Shown in pieces: positions 1 through 8,472 of a DNA stretch of 64,000 nt; the first letter of the stretch is position 1; each line of letters begins with the position of its first letter. Source of the DNA: Lacunisphaera sp. (GTDB taxonomy: Bacteria > Verrucomicrobiota > Verrucomicrobiia > Opitutales > Opitutaceae); NCBI GenBank assembly GCA_041917235.1, contig JAYRXZ010000006.1:41517-105516 (forward strand), written 5' to 3'. Under the pieces are notes generated by a model. The model saw only the letters and a list, made by a program, of their open reading frames with translations, had not been told where the DNA came from and made no database searches. The position numbers and the translations under genes were made by a program.

Positions 1-1373
1 GTGCGGGCCACGGTGTCGAGCGGCTTGACGCGGCCGTTGACGAGCGTCGGCAGCTTGCCGAAGGCGTCGAGGTCGTAGTCCCCCTTCGGCGCGCGGGGAA
101 ACAGCGAAGAGGTGACGATCAGCCCCGCGAGCACCGGCACGAGGATCGCGGTGAGCCGGGCGGCGGTCCAGCGCGGGCCGGCGGGAGCGGCCGAGGCCGC
201 GGCGCCGGGCGCGGCGGCCGGGCGACGGCGCTTGCCGACGAAGCCGACGAGGTGCAGGCCGAACTGCCAGCCGAGGCCGAGCGTCATGATGCCGCACGCG
301 ATGTAGGGGATCAGCCAGCTCGGGTTGCGCACGACCTGGAGCACGGTGGTCGTGTCGTTGTTGTCGAAGCCGGCCTGATAGAACGTGAGCCCCGCGTAGC
401 GCAGCGGGTTGTTCATGTAGATGAGGACCTCGCGGTCGTCCTTGCCGTCGGGCGTGGTCAGGCGGAGGCGGCTGGAGAAGTTCTTCGGGATCTCGGTGCC
501 GGCGTAGCGGTCGTGGCTGAACTTCAGCAGCGTGAGCGAATACGGCTTGTAGTGCCGCGCATAGCGCAGCGCGATCTTCCACTTCCGGCCGCCGAACTCG
601 AAGGGCTGCGCGTCCAGCTGCGGCGCCACGAGCCACGTGCCGATCGGGCCGTCGGGGCCGGTCAGCTCGACGTAGGCGGCGGGCAGGTTGCGCTCGCCCT
701 CCTTGAAGGTCAGCGCCATCGGGCTGACGAGGATGCGCGGGCCGACGCCCTGGTTGGCCGGGCCGGTCGGGGCGTTGGCGCCGGGCATGGCCTCCGACAG
801 GCCGGCGTTGGGCAGGTAGGTGTGAACCCCGACGCGGAACGGCAGCTTGGGGTGCTGCACCGCCTGCTTGCGGGCGAGCGGCGCCTCGGGGATCGCGACC
901 ACCTCGTCGAACTTCGGGTCGGTCGTGTCGGTGATCGCCAGCTCGATGTTCCGGTAGCTCTCCGAGTAGTTCTTGGTCTCGCCCTGGTCGAGGCGCATCT
1001 GGAACTCGTCCTGCCAGAGCGCGGTGAGCAGCTGTCCGATGAGCAGGACGATCAGGCCGATGTGCGCCAGCCAGATGCCGAGCTTTTTCCAGCTGAACTG
1101 GAAGCGGTAGATGTGCGCGGCGATGAGGTTGACCAGCAGCAGCCCGCCCAGCGTGTAACCGCCGGGGAACACGGCGAGCGACATGTCGCCCACGTGCCAG
1201 AACACGATGAAGGTGTTGAAGTATTTCGCCTGCACCACCCAGATGCCGAGGTTCACCTGGTCCAGCGTGGCGACCAGGATGAGGATGATGGAGAACAGGA
1301 TCAGGACGACCGTGAGCTTGAGCGACACGAACAGGTCGCGCGCGTCGGAGAGGAGGGTGTTCAGGAATTTCAC
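1..1373 (-). CDS. Cytochrome c biogenesis protein, ResB/Ccs1 (CcsB) family, partial (C-terminus beyond window start). GTG start overlaps the stop of the upstream lipoprotein gene (GTGA).
   Basis: Own minus-strand translation (not in ORF track because no stop in window): VKFLNTLLSDARDLFVSLKLTVVLILFSIILILVATL... with N-terminal TM helices, a ~300 aa soluble domain, then ...YMNNPLRYAGLTFYQAGFD followed by a TM (WLIPYIACGIMTLGLGW). This resembles the ResB-family C-terminal signature. Strong GC3 bias. It then continues with a further TM and tail to the window edge. Confidence 0.55.
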   Translation of the reverse strand, partial: MKFLNTLLSDARDLFVSLKLTVVLILFSIILILVATLDQVNLGIWVVQAKYFNTFIVFWHVGDMSLAVFPGGYTLGGLLLVNLIAAHIYRFQFSWKKLGIWLAHIGLIVLLIGQLLTALWQDEFQMRLDQGETKNYSESYRNIELAITDTTDPKFDEVVAIPEAPLARKQAVQHPKLPFRVGVHTYLPNAGLSEAMPGANAPTGPANQGVGPRILVSPMALTFKEGERNLPAAYVELTGPDGPIGTWLVAPQLDAQPFEFGGRKWKIALRYARHYKPYSLTLLKFSHDRYAGTEIPKNFSSRLRLTTPDGKDDREVLIYMNNPLRYAGLTFYQAGFDNNDTTTVLQVVRNPSWLIPYIACGIMTLGLGWQFGLHLVGFVGKRRRPAAAPGAAASAAPAGPRWTAARLTAILVPVLAGLIVTSSLFPRAPKGDYDLDAFGKLPTLVNGRVKPLDTVAR

Positions 1374-2494
1374 GGCGCGGAGAGGGTTTGCACGAACGAG
1401 AGGAAGGCGGGCTTTTCCGCCGCGACCAGCGCGGCCGGACCGGTGAGCTTGAAGAACCACGTGGCGCCCGCGTGCGGGACCATCGCGCCGAGCAGGCGCT
1501 GCGGGTTGTCGCCGCCGCCCGTGATGTCCGCGAGCGTGACGGCCAGGCCGTTCACCGTGAGGCGCGTCACCGCGCCGGCGAACTCCGCCTCGGTGACGGG
1601 CGGCAGGCCGAGCTGGCCGCGCCAGCGGTTGAGATTGGCCAGGTCGCCGCCGACATCGCCGGGGAACGCCGTGACCGCGAGCTCGGCGGTGGCGCCGTTC
1701 GCGCCGGAAATGGTGAAGGTGGCCTTGCGCATCCCGACGCCGGTCTTCTCCAGCCAGCCGGCCGGGGCGGTCCACTTGAGACCGGGACCGCTGGCGCTGA
1801 CCACGGGCGAGCCGGTCATGTCCGCCGGCGGGGCGGCAGGTGCGGCGGTCACGGCTGCCGGGGTGGCGGCGGGCGCGGCCAGCGGCTGGGTGGAAACCTT
1901 GACGGTTTTCAGGAAGTCGAGGAACACGGCCTTTTCCGGCGCGACCACGGCGTCGGGGCCCGTGAGCTTGAAGAACCACGTGGCGCCCTGGTGCGGCACG
2001 ATGGCCCCGAGCATCCGCAGCGGGGCCTCGGCGGTGCCCCCGGCGAGGTCGACGACCTGCATGGCCACGCCCGCGCCGGACAGCGGCGTGAGGACGGCGG
2101 CAAGGTCCGCCGCGGCGATGGGCGGACGGCCGAGCTGGCCGAGCCAGCGGTTGACGTTGGCAAGGTCGCCGCCGACATCGCCCGGGAAGGCGGTGATCGC
2201 GAGGTCGGCGGCGGGGCCGCCCTCCGCGCCGATGGTGTAGCTGCCCTTGCGCATGGCGGATCCGGGCTTGGCCTTCCACGCGGCCGGGGCCGTCCAGGTG
2301 AGGCCGCCCGTCTCGGTGGAGGCAACCACCAGGCCGCCGGTGTCGGCGCCCATCGTCGCCGGGGTGGCGGCGGCCGCGGCCGGCGGCGGCGTGTCGTTTT
2401 CCTTGGGGATGCGGTAGGTGGCGACCTGGGCTTCGCGGCACGAGGCCAGGCCGAACGGAAGGACCATCAACAGGACCGGCCAGCGTGGGAGCAT
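1370..2494 (-). CDS. Lipoprotein of unknown function built from two tandem ~165-aa repeats (internal duplication)
   Basis: Track ORF 1370..2629(-); likely start at internal Met giving signal peptide MLPRWPVLLMVLPFGLASC (lipobox LASC). The two repeats share WTAPAxW...TAFPGDVGGDLANxNRWxGQLG...GAxVPHxGATWFFKLTGP. Co-oriented and overlapping with the ResB-like gene. Confidence 0.7.
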   Translation of the reverse strand: MLPRWPVLLMVLPFGLASCREAQVATYRIPKENDTPPPAAAAATPATMGADTGGLVVASTETGGLTWTAPAAWKAKPGSAMRKGSYTIGAEGGPAADLAITAFPGDVGGDLANVNRWLGQLGRPPIAAADLAAVLTPLSGAGVAMQVVDLAGGTAEAPLRMLGAIVPHQGATWFFKLTGPDAVVAPEKAVFLDFLKTVKVSTQPLAAPAATPAAVTAAPAAPPADMTGSPVVSASGPGLKWTAPAGWLEKTGVGMRKATFTISGANGATAELAVTAFPGDVGGDLANLNRWRGQLGLPPVTEAEFAGAVTRLTVNGLAVTLADITGGGDNPQRLLGAMVPHAGATWFFKLTGPAALVAAEKPAFLSFVQTLSAP

Positions 2495-2823
2495 GGCGCG
2501 GAGTGGAGAATAAAAGCGACCGCTTGGCAACCGTGACGGCCGGCGTGGAGGCAGACTGGATGGATTCATCGTGGAGCCGCGACTATGCCTGAAACCGGCC
2601 GGGGTGGCTGCGCATATCTTGCGAGCCATTAGCCGGGCCTTGCGGGAATTGCGTCCACCCCTCCGGCCGCCGGAGCAACAACCACAAACCCTGCGCGATA
2701 CTCGGCAACCAATGCGCAGCGACCGGAGCCGGTAACTGGCATTATAGGCGCGACAAGGTGCTGGGCCTCATTAATCTCCCGGCATCGCCTTCCTCATCCA
2801 TCATCACTCCATCCCCGCTCCTC

Positions 2824-3162
2824 ATGAAAAACCGCCATAAAGTCATCACCGCCGGCCTGGTCCTGCTCGCCGGCGCCACCCTGGGCCTCGCCGCCCCTGC
2901 CACCGAAAACTGGGAAAACCACTGCACCAAATGCCACGGCGAGGATGGCAAGGGCCAGACCAAGGTCGGCAAGAAACTCAAGCTGAAGGATTATACCGAC
3001 GCCAAGGCGCAGGCCGAGATGAAGGACGAGGACATGATCAAGGCCATCGCTGACGGCGTGAACGATGCCGCCGGCAAGGAGAAGATGAAGGCCTACAAGG
3101 ACGAGCTTTCGGCCGACGAGATCAAGGAACTCGTCGCCTACATCCGCAAGTTCAAGGCCTGA
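2824..3162 (+). CDS. Small soluble class I monoheme cytochrome c
   Basis: Track ORF 2758..3162; Met at 2824 gives signal peptide MKNRHKVITAGLVLLAGATLGLAAP; single CTKCH heme-binding motif; Lys-rich ~11 kDa mature protein. Confidence 0.8.
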   Translation: MKNRHKVITAGLVLLAGATLGLAAPATENWENHCTKCHGEDGKGQTKVGKKLKLKDYTDAKAQAEMKDEDMIKAIADGVNDAAGKEKMKAYKDELSADEIKELVAYIRKFKA

Positions 3163-3229
3163 GCCGTTCTCCCCCTGTTGCAGGGACGCCGCCTGACGGC
3201 GCCCCTGCCCTTCCCCTCATCCCACGCCC

Positions 3230-4714
3230 ATGTCCACGCCCACCCCGCCCCCCGTCGCGCCACGCTCCCACTTCAACAACTGGATCAGCGCCATCGGCGC
3301 CGTGCTCGCCGTGGGCGCGCTGTTCTCGTTCGCGCTGCTCTGCTGGATGGACCTGACCGGGGCGCACAAGAATCCCTACCTCGGCATCTTCACCTACCTC
3401 GTGGCCCCCGGCTTCCTCATCGCCGGCCTGGTCACGGTCTTTTTCGGCGCCTGGGCCCAGCGCCGCTGGGCGATCAAGCATGCGGCCACCATGCCCGACA
3501 AGTGGCGGCTGGACTTCACCAATCCCAAGCAGCGCAAGATGCTGGTCCTGTTCGGCATCGGGGGCGTCGGGTTCCTGCTCCTGAGCGCCTTCGGCAGCTA
3601 CCAGACCTACCATTACGCGGAGTCCACCCAGTTCTGCGGCCAGGTCTGCCACTCGGCCATGAACCCCGAGTTCGTCACCTACCAGCGCGGAGCACACGCC
3701 CGCGTGGACTGCGTGGAGTGCCATGTCGGGTCCGGCGCCACGGCTTTCATCAAGGCCAAGCTCAACGGCACGCGCCAGCTCATCGGCTATACGCTCAACA
3801 ACTACAACCGGCCGATCGACACGCCGGTGCACAACCTCCGCCCCGCCCGGGAGACCTGCGAGAAGTGCCACTGGCCGGAGAAGTTCCACGGCAACCTCGA
3901 CATCACCTTCGACCACTACCTTTCCGACAAGAAAAACACCCCCGCCAGCGTCCGCATGCTGCTGCATGTGAACTCCGGCCGGCAGGGCGGCCCGCTGGCC
4001 GGCATCCACTGGCACGTCAGCCCCGACAGCTCGGTCGAGTATTACGCCGCCGATGCTGACCGCCAGGACATCGTCTGGATGCGCGTCACGGACAAGAAGG
4101 CCGGCACGTCCCGGATCTACCGCAACGAGGAGTTCAAGGGCGAGCCGCCCGCAGGCACGGTCCGCACGATGGACTGCATCGATTGCCACAACCGCCCGGC
4201 CCACGCCTTCCCGACCGCCAACGACGCCGTCGAAAAGTCGCTCGGGCTCGGCACCCTCAGCACCAAGCTCCCCAACATCAAGCGCAGCGCCGTGCAGGCC
4301 ATGCTGCAGAAGGAGATCACCACCGACGCCGGCGCGCCGCAGCAGATCGCCGATTTCCTCACGGCCAAATACAAGGGCGACCCCGAGCTGCCCGCGGCCA
4401 TCGCCGAGGTGCAGCGCATCTACTCCACCTCCATCTTCCCCGAGCGCAAGGCCGACTGGCGCGTCTACCCGAACAACATCGGCCACAAGGACTGGCCCGG
4501 CTGCTTCCGCTGCCACGACGACAAGCACAAGACCGCCACCGGTGAAACCGTCCGCGCCAGCGACTGCACCTCGTGCCACTCGATCATCGCGCAGGGCAAG
4601 GGCGCCGAGCTCGCCACCATCTCGGCCAGCGGCCTGGAGTTCAAGCACCCCGGCGGCGAGCTCGATCCCGAGCTGAGCTGCGCGGACTGCCACAACGGCG
4701 GCATCCAGAAGTAA
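3230..4714 (+). CDS. Membrane-anchored multiheme cytochrome c, NapC/NirT/NrfH-like N-terminus with 7 CxxCH motifs (ImcH-like putative quinol dehydrogenase)
   Basis: N-terminal TM helices (ISAIGAVLAVGALFSFALL; VAPGFLIAGLVTVFFGAW), then CGQVCH, CVECH, CEKCH in NapC/NirT-like spacing, followed by CIDCH, CFRCH, CTSCH, CADCH. Confidence 0.85.
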   Translation: MSTPTPPPVAPRSHFNNWISAIGAVLAVGALFSFALLCWMDLTGAHKNPYLGIFTYLVAPGFLIAGLVTVFFGAWAQRRWAIKHAATMPDKWRLDFTNPKQRKMLVLFGIGGVGFLLLSAFGSYQTYHYAESTQFCGQVCHSAMNPEFVTYQRGAHARVDCVECHVGSGATAFIKAKLNGTRQLIGYTLNNYNRPIDTPVHNLRPARETCEKCHWPEKFHGNLDITFDHYLSDKKNTPASVRMLLHVNSGRQGGPLAGIHWHVSPDSSVEYYAADADRQDIVWMRVTDKKAGTSRIYRNEEFKGEPPAGTVRTMDCIDCHNRPAHAFPTANDAVEKSLGLGTLSTKLPNIKRSAVQAMLQKEITTDAGAPQQIADFLTAKYKGDPELPAAIAEVQRIYSTSIFPERKADWRVYPNNIGHKDWPGCFRCHDDKHKTATGETVRASDCTSCHSIIAQGKGAELATISASGLEFKHPGGELDPELSCADCHNGGIQK

Positions 4715-4804
4715 CGGCGCCCCGCCGGCAAATTACGCTCCGGTTCGGCCAAGCGCTGCGTAGCCGCGGCGCGGCATTCGGCGCATCCTGTGCGCGGAGC
4801 TACC

Positions 4805-6952
4805 ATGAACGCAATCTGCCGGCGGATCCCGCTACTCGTGTTCACCCTGCTGGCGCCCCTGGGCGCCCGCGCCGCCGACGCGGCCGTCACCCCCGCCCCG
4901 CTCAAGGCGCCGCCCGCGGTGCCCAACTCGGAGTGCATGGACTGCCACGAGGCCGAGTTCAAGGCCCCCAAGAAGGGCCTGCCGCCCGTCTGGATCGGTG
5001 TCCGGCCCGAGCTGTTCGCCAAGTCCGTGCACGGCGGACTGAACTGCGTGGACTGCCACGCCAGCATCAAGGACCCCACCCACGAGGACAAGCTGCCGCC
5101 CGCGCAGTGCGCCTCCTGCCACGAGGGCGCCGCCAAGCAGTTCGCCGCCAGCATCCACGGCGTGAAGCGCGACGGCGGGCTCCCCGTCGCCGCCACCTGC
5201 GCAAGCTGCCACGGCAAGACCCACGAGCTGCTGCCGGTGAAGCACGTGGATTCCCCCGTGGCGAAGTTCAGCCTCCTCGCCACCTGCGCGCAGTGCCACG
5301 AGGGCGACAAGACCAAGCTCGGCCTGAAGAACGGCGACGCCATTGCGCATTTCAAGGACAGCATCCACGGCCAGGGCCTCTACAAGATGGGGCTCAACGT
5401 CTCGCCCACCTGCAACGACTGCCACGGCGTGCACGACATCAAGTCCATCAAGGACGCCTCCGCCCACACCAGCCGCGCCGCCCTGTCCAAGACCTGCGGC
5501 GCCTGCCACGTCGGCGTCGAGAAGACCTACGCGGCCAGCATCCACGGCCAGCCCGCCAAGCCCGGCCAGAAGACCGCGGTCTGCACCGACTGCCACACCG
5601 CGCACGACATCGAGCGCCCCGGCAGCGCGCACTTCAAGCAGACCAGCGACCAGAAGTGCGGCGCCTGCCACGAGGACCGCCTCGCCAACTACCGCGAGAC
5701 CTACCACGGCAAGGCCATGCTGCTCGGCCAGGCCAGCGCCGCCACCGACGTCGCCGCGTGCTACGACTGCCACGGCCACCACGACATCCTCAAGCACACC
5801 GACCCGAAGTCGAAGCTCTCGGCCGGCAACATCGTCCAGACCTGCGCCTCGTGCCACAAGGGCGTCAACGCCGCCTTCACCCAATACCAGCCGCACGCGG
5901 ACCACACCGACGGGAAGAACTACCCGGTGCTCCACTGGACCTACCTCGCGATGACGACGCTGCTCGTCAGCGTGTTCGCCTTCTTCGGCGTGCACACGCT
6001 GCTCTGGATCACGCGCTTCACGCTCACTTATCTCCGCGACCCGGCCGGCTTCCGCGCCGCCCGCGCCGCGCTGCACGACGAGACGGAGACCTACCGCCGC
6101 TTCAACCCCTACGAGCGCTTCCTCCACATGCTCGTCGTCACGAGCTTCCTCGCGCTGGTGCTCACCGGCATGCCGCTGAAGTTCTATTACACCGAATGGG
6201 CGCGAGTCATGTTCAACGTCCTCGGCGGCCCCGAGGCCGCGCGCGTGCTGCACCACCTCGCCGCCCTCGTCACGTTCCTGTATTTCGGCCTGCACCTCGC
6301 CAGCCTCGCGCAGGGCCTGTGGCGGAACCGCGGCGCGGTGCGGGACCCCGCCACCGGGCGCTTCGCCCTCGGCCGGTTCTGGGGCGCCGTGTTCGGGCCC
6401 GACTCCATGGTCCCGTCCTTCCAGGACCTGCGCGACTTCCTCGCCCACGTGAAGTGGTTCCTCGGCCGGGGCCCGCGCCCCTCGTGGGACCGCTGGACCT
6501 ACTGGGAGCGCTTCGACTACCTCGCCGTCTTCTGGGGCGTCGGCATCATCGGCCTCTCCGGCCTCGTGCTGTGGTTCCCGAAGTTCTTCACCACCTTCCT
6601 GCCCGGCTGGCTGATCAACATCGCGGTGGTGATCCACTCCGACGAGGCCCTGCTCGCCGCGGGCTTCATCTTCACGTTCCATTTCTTCAACACGCACTTC
6701 CGGCTGGATAAGTTCCCGATGGATACCGTGATCTTCTCCGGCCACATCTCGAAGGCCGAGATGCTGACCGAGCGCCGCCGGTGGTATGACCGCCTCGTCG
6801 CCTCGGGGAAGCTCGAGCAGCACCGCGTGATCCACACCGACTGGGCCGCCCGGCGCACGCTCTACAAGACGCTCGGCTTCATCTTCGTCGGCATCGGGCT
6901 GCTGCTCCTCGCGCTGATGATCTACGCCCTGCTCTCGCGCCTCGGCCACTGA
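4805..6952 (+). CDS. Fusion protein: N-terminal periplasmic 11-heme c-type cytochrome + C-terminal dihaem cytochrome b membrane domain (FdnI/HydC/PhsC-like); CbcL-like
   Basis: Signal peptide MNAICRRIPLLVFTLLAPLGARA; 11 CxxCH motifs (CMDCH, CVDCH, CASCH x3, CAQCH, CNDCH, CGACH x2, CTDCH, CYDCH). C-terminal ~330 aa with 5-6 TM helices, motif RFNPYERFLHMLV and TM histidines (HHLAALVTFLYFGLH; VVIHSDEA; FTFHFFNTHF). Confidence 0.85.
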   Translation: MNAICRRIPLLVFTLLAPLGARAADAAVTPAPLKAPPAVPNSECMDCHEAEFKAPKKGLPPVWIGVRPELFAKSVHGGLNCVDCHASIKDPTHEDKLPPAQCASCHEGAAKQFAASIHGVKRDGGLPVAATCASCHGKTHELLPVKHVDSPVAKFSLLATCAQCHEGDKTKLGLKNGDAIAHFKDSIHGQGLYKMGLNVSPTCNDCHGVHDIKSIKDASAHTSRAALSKTCGACHVGVEKTYAASIHGQPAKPGQKTAVCTDCHTAHDIERPGSAHFKQTSDQKCGACHEDRLANYRETYHGKAMLLGQASAATDVAACYDCHGHHDILKHTDPKSKLSAGNIVQTCASCHKGVNAAFTQYQPHADHTDGKNYPVLHWTYLAMTTLLVSVFAFFGVHTLLWITRFTLTYLRDPAGFRAARAALHDETETYRRFNPYERFLHMLVVTSFLALVLTGMPLKFYYTEWARVMFNVLGGPEAARVLHHLAALVTFLYFGLHLASLAQGLWRNRGAVRDPATGRFALGRFWGAVFGPDSMVPSFQDLRDFLAHVKWFLGRGPRPSWDRWTYWERFDYLAVFWGVGIIGLSGLVLWFPKFFTTFLPGWLINIAVVIHSDEALLAAGFIFTFHFFNTHFRLDKFPMDTVIFSGHISKAEMLTERRRWYDRLVASGKLEQHRVIHTDWAARRTLYKTLGFIFVGIGLLLLALMIYALLSRLGH

Positions 6953-6962
6953 GGACCCTTCC

Positions 6963-8294
6963 ATGAACGCCACGCCGCTGCTCGACTCCATTCTGCTCGG
7001 GCTGTTCCGTTACCGCACGCGCGGTTTCATGCGGATGACCGACTGTGACGGCACGGTGCCGCCCCGGCCGCAATCAGGCGGGACCTACCTCTACGTGCAC
7101 ATCCCGTTCTGCGAGGCGCTGTGCCCGTTCTGCTCGTTCCACCGCGTGCTGCACTGCCGCCCGCAGGCGAAACGCTACTTCGCCGCGCTCCGCCGCGAGC
7201 TCGAGCTCTACCACGCGGCCGGCTTCGAATTCACCGGGGTCTACTTCGGCGGCGGCACCCCGACCGTCGAGCCGGAGGAGCTGCTTGAGACCATCGCGCT
7301 CGTGCGGACGCGGTTCGCCGTGAAGGAGATCTCGGTCGAGACCAACCCCCGCGACCTCCGCCCCGACCTGCTCGCCCGGCTGCGCGCCGGCGGCGTGACG
7401 CGCCTCTCGGTCGGCGTGCAGAGCTTCGACGACACGCTGCTGCGCGAGATGGGCCGCTTTGAGAAATACGGCGGCGGGGCCGAGACGGCGGAGCGCATCC
7501 GCGGCGTGGCGGGGCTCTTCCCCACCCTCAACGTCGACCTGATCTTCAACCAGCCGCACCAGACCCTCGCGTCGCTCGAGCGCGACCTGGAGATCTTCTC
7601 GACCCTCGGGGCCGGCCAGGTTTCCTGCTATCCGCTGATGACCTCGCCCTCCGGCCTGCGCCGCCTCGCCGGCGCAATGGGCGTGCCCGACCGGCGGCGG
7701 CTGCGCCGGTTTTACCAGACCATCGGGCGCCGGCTCGCGGCCGGCGGCTTCTCGCCGACCTCCGCGTGGTGCTTCACGCGGAACGGCCATGGCAGCGACG
7801 AATACATCGCCACCGCGGACAACTACGTCGGCGCCGGCAGCGGCGCGTTCAGCTACCTCGACGGGACGCTCTACTCGACGAGCTTCTCGCTCAACTCCTA
7901 CGAGGAGCGCATCGCGCGGGGCCTCACCGGCATCGTGACGCGGCACCAGCTCGGGGACACCGACCGCATGCGGTATGCGCTGCTCGTGCGGATGTTCGGC
8001 CTCGGCCTCGACCGCGCGTGGGCGGTCGAGCATCACGGCCGAAAATTCTTCCGCCGCCTCTGGGGCGAGCTGCTCACGCTTGAGCTCCTCGGCGCGGCCA
8101 CGCGCGACGCGCGCGGCTGGCGGCTGACGGAAAAGGGCCGCTACTGGCTCATGCTGATGATGGCGGAATTCTTCGAGTCGGTGAACGCCTACCGCGACGC
8201 GATGCGCGCGCACGTGGCGGCCGAGCAGGCCGCGACCGCGCTGGCCGACCCGCTGCACGCCGCCTCCGCAGATTCCGCTCAGGCCAGTGCCTGA
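6963..8294 (+). CDS. Radical SAM protein, HemN/HemW family (oxygen-independent coproporphyrinogen III oxidase-like / heme chaperone-like)
   Basis: CxxxCxxC cluster in YVHIPFCEALCPFCSF followed by the family hallmark YFGGGTP; ~440 aa. True start may be a downstream Met (MRMTD). Confidence 0.85.
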   Translation: MNATPLLDSILLGLFRYRTRGFMRMTDCDGTVPPRPQSGGTYLYVHIPFCEALCPFCSFHRVLHCRPQAKRYFAALRRELELYHAAGFEFTGVYFGGGTPTVEPEELLETIALVRTRFAVKEISVETNPRDLRPDLLARLRAGGVTRLSVGVQSFDDTLLREMGRFEKYGGGAETAERIRGVAGLFPTLNVDLIFNQPHQTLASLERDLEIFSTLGAGQVSCYPLMTSPSGLRRLAGAMGVPDRRRLRRFYQTIGRRLAAGGFSPTSAWCFTRNGHGSDEYIATADNYVGAGSGAFSYLDGTLYSTSFSLNSYEERIARGLTGIVTRHQLGDTDRMRYALLVRMFGLGLDRAWAVEHHGRKFFRRLWGELLTLELLGAATRDARGWRLTEKGRYWLMLMMAEFFESVNAYRDAMRAHVAAEQAATALADPLHAASADSAQASA

Positions 8295-8472
8295 CCTAAT
8301 GTTAGGTGTTAACCCTACCTCAGGCCTAAGCATCGCTAATACACACCAAATCGTGCATACAACTCCGCAAGTGATGCGCAGCCATTGCCACCCCGTTCCG
8401 ATAGAGTGACCACGCTGAACCAGAACCTTTCCCCCGAACCAAGCCCAACCCTTCACTCCTAACTTTACGCCC

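Noticed and set aside
252-2240. 662-aa plus-strand ORF rich in Arg/Ala/Gly/Glu
   Set aside because: Antisense to two minus-strand genes with clear protein features (ResB-like and repeat lipoprotein); low-complexity composition typical of GC-driven spurious ORFs.
6963-8294. Interpreting the radical SAM gene strictly as housekeeping coproporphyrinogen oxidase HemN
   Set aside because: HemN versus HemW cannot be told apart from motifs alone, so the feature is called at family level only and the heme-chaperone interpretation is kept as a hypothesis.
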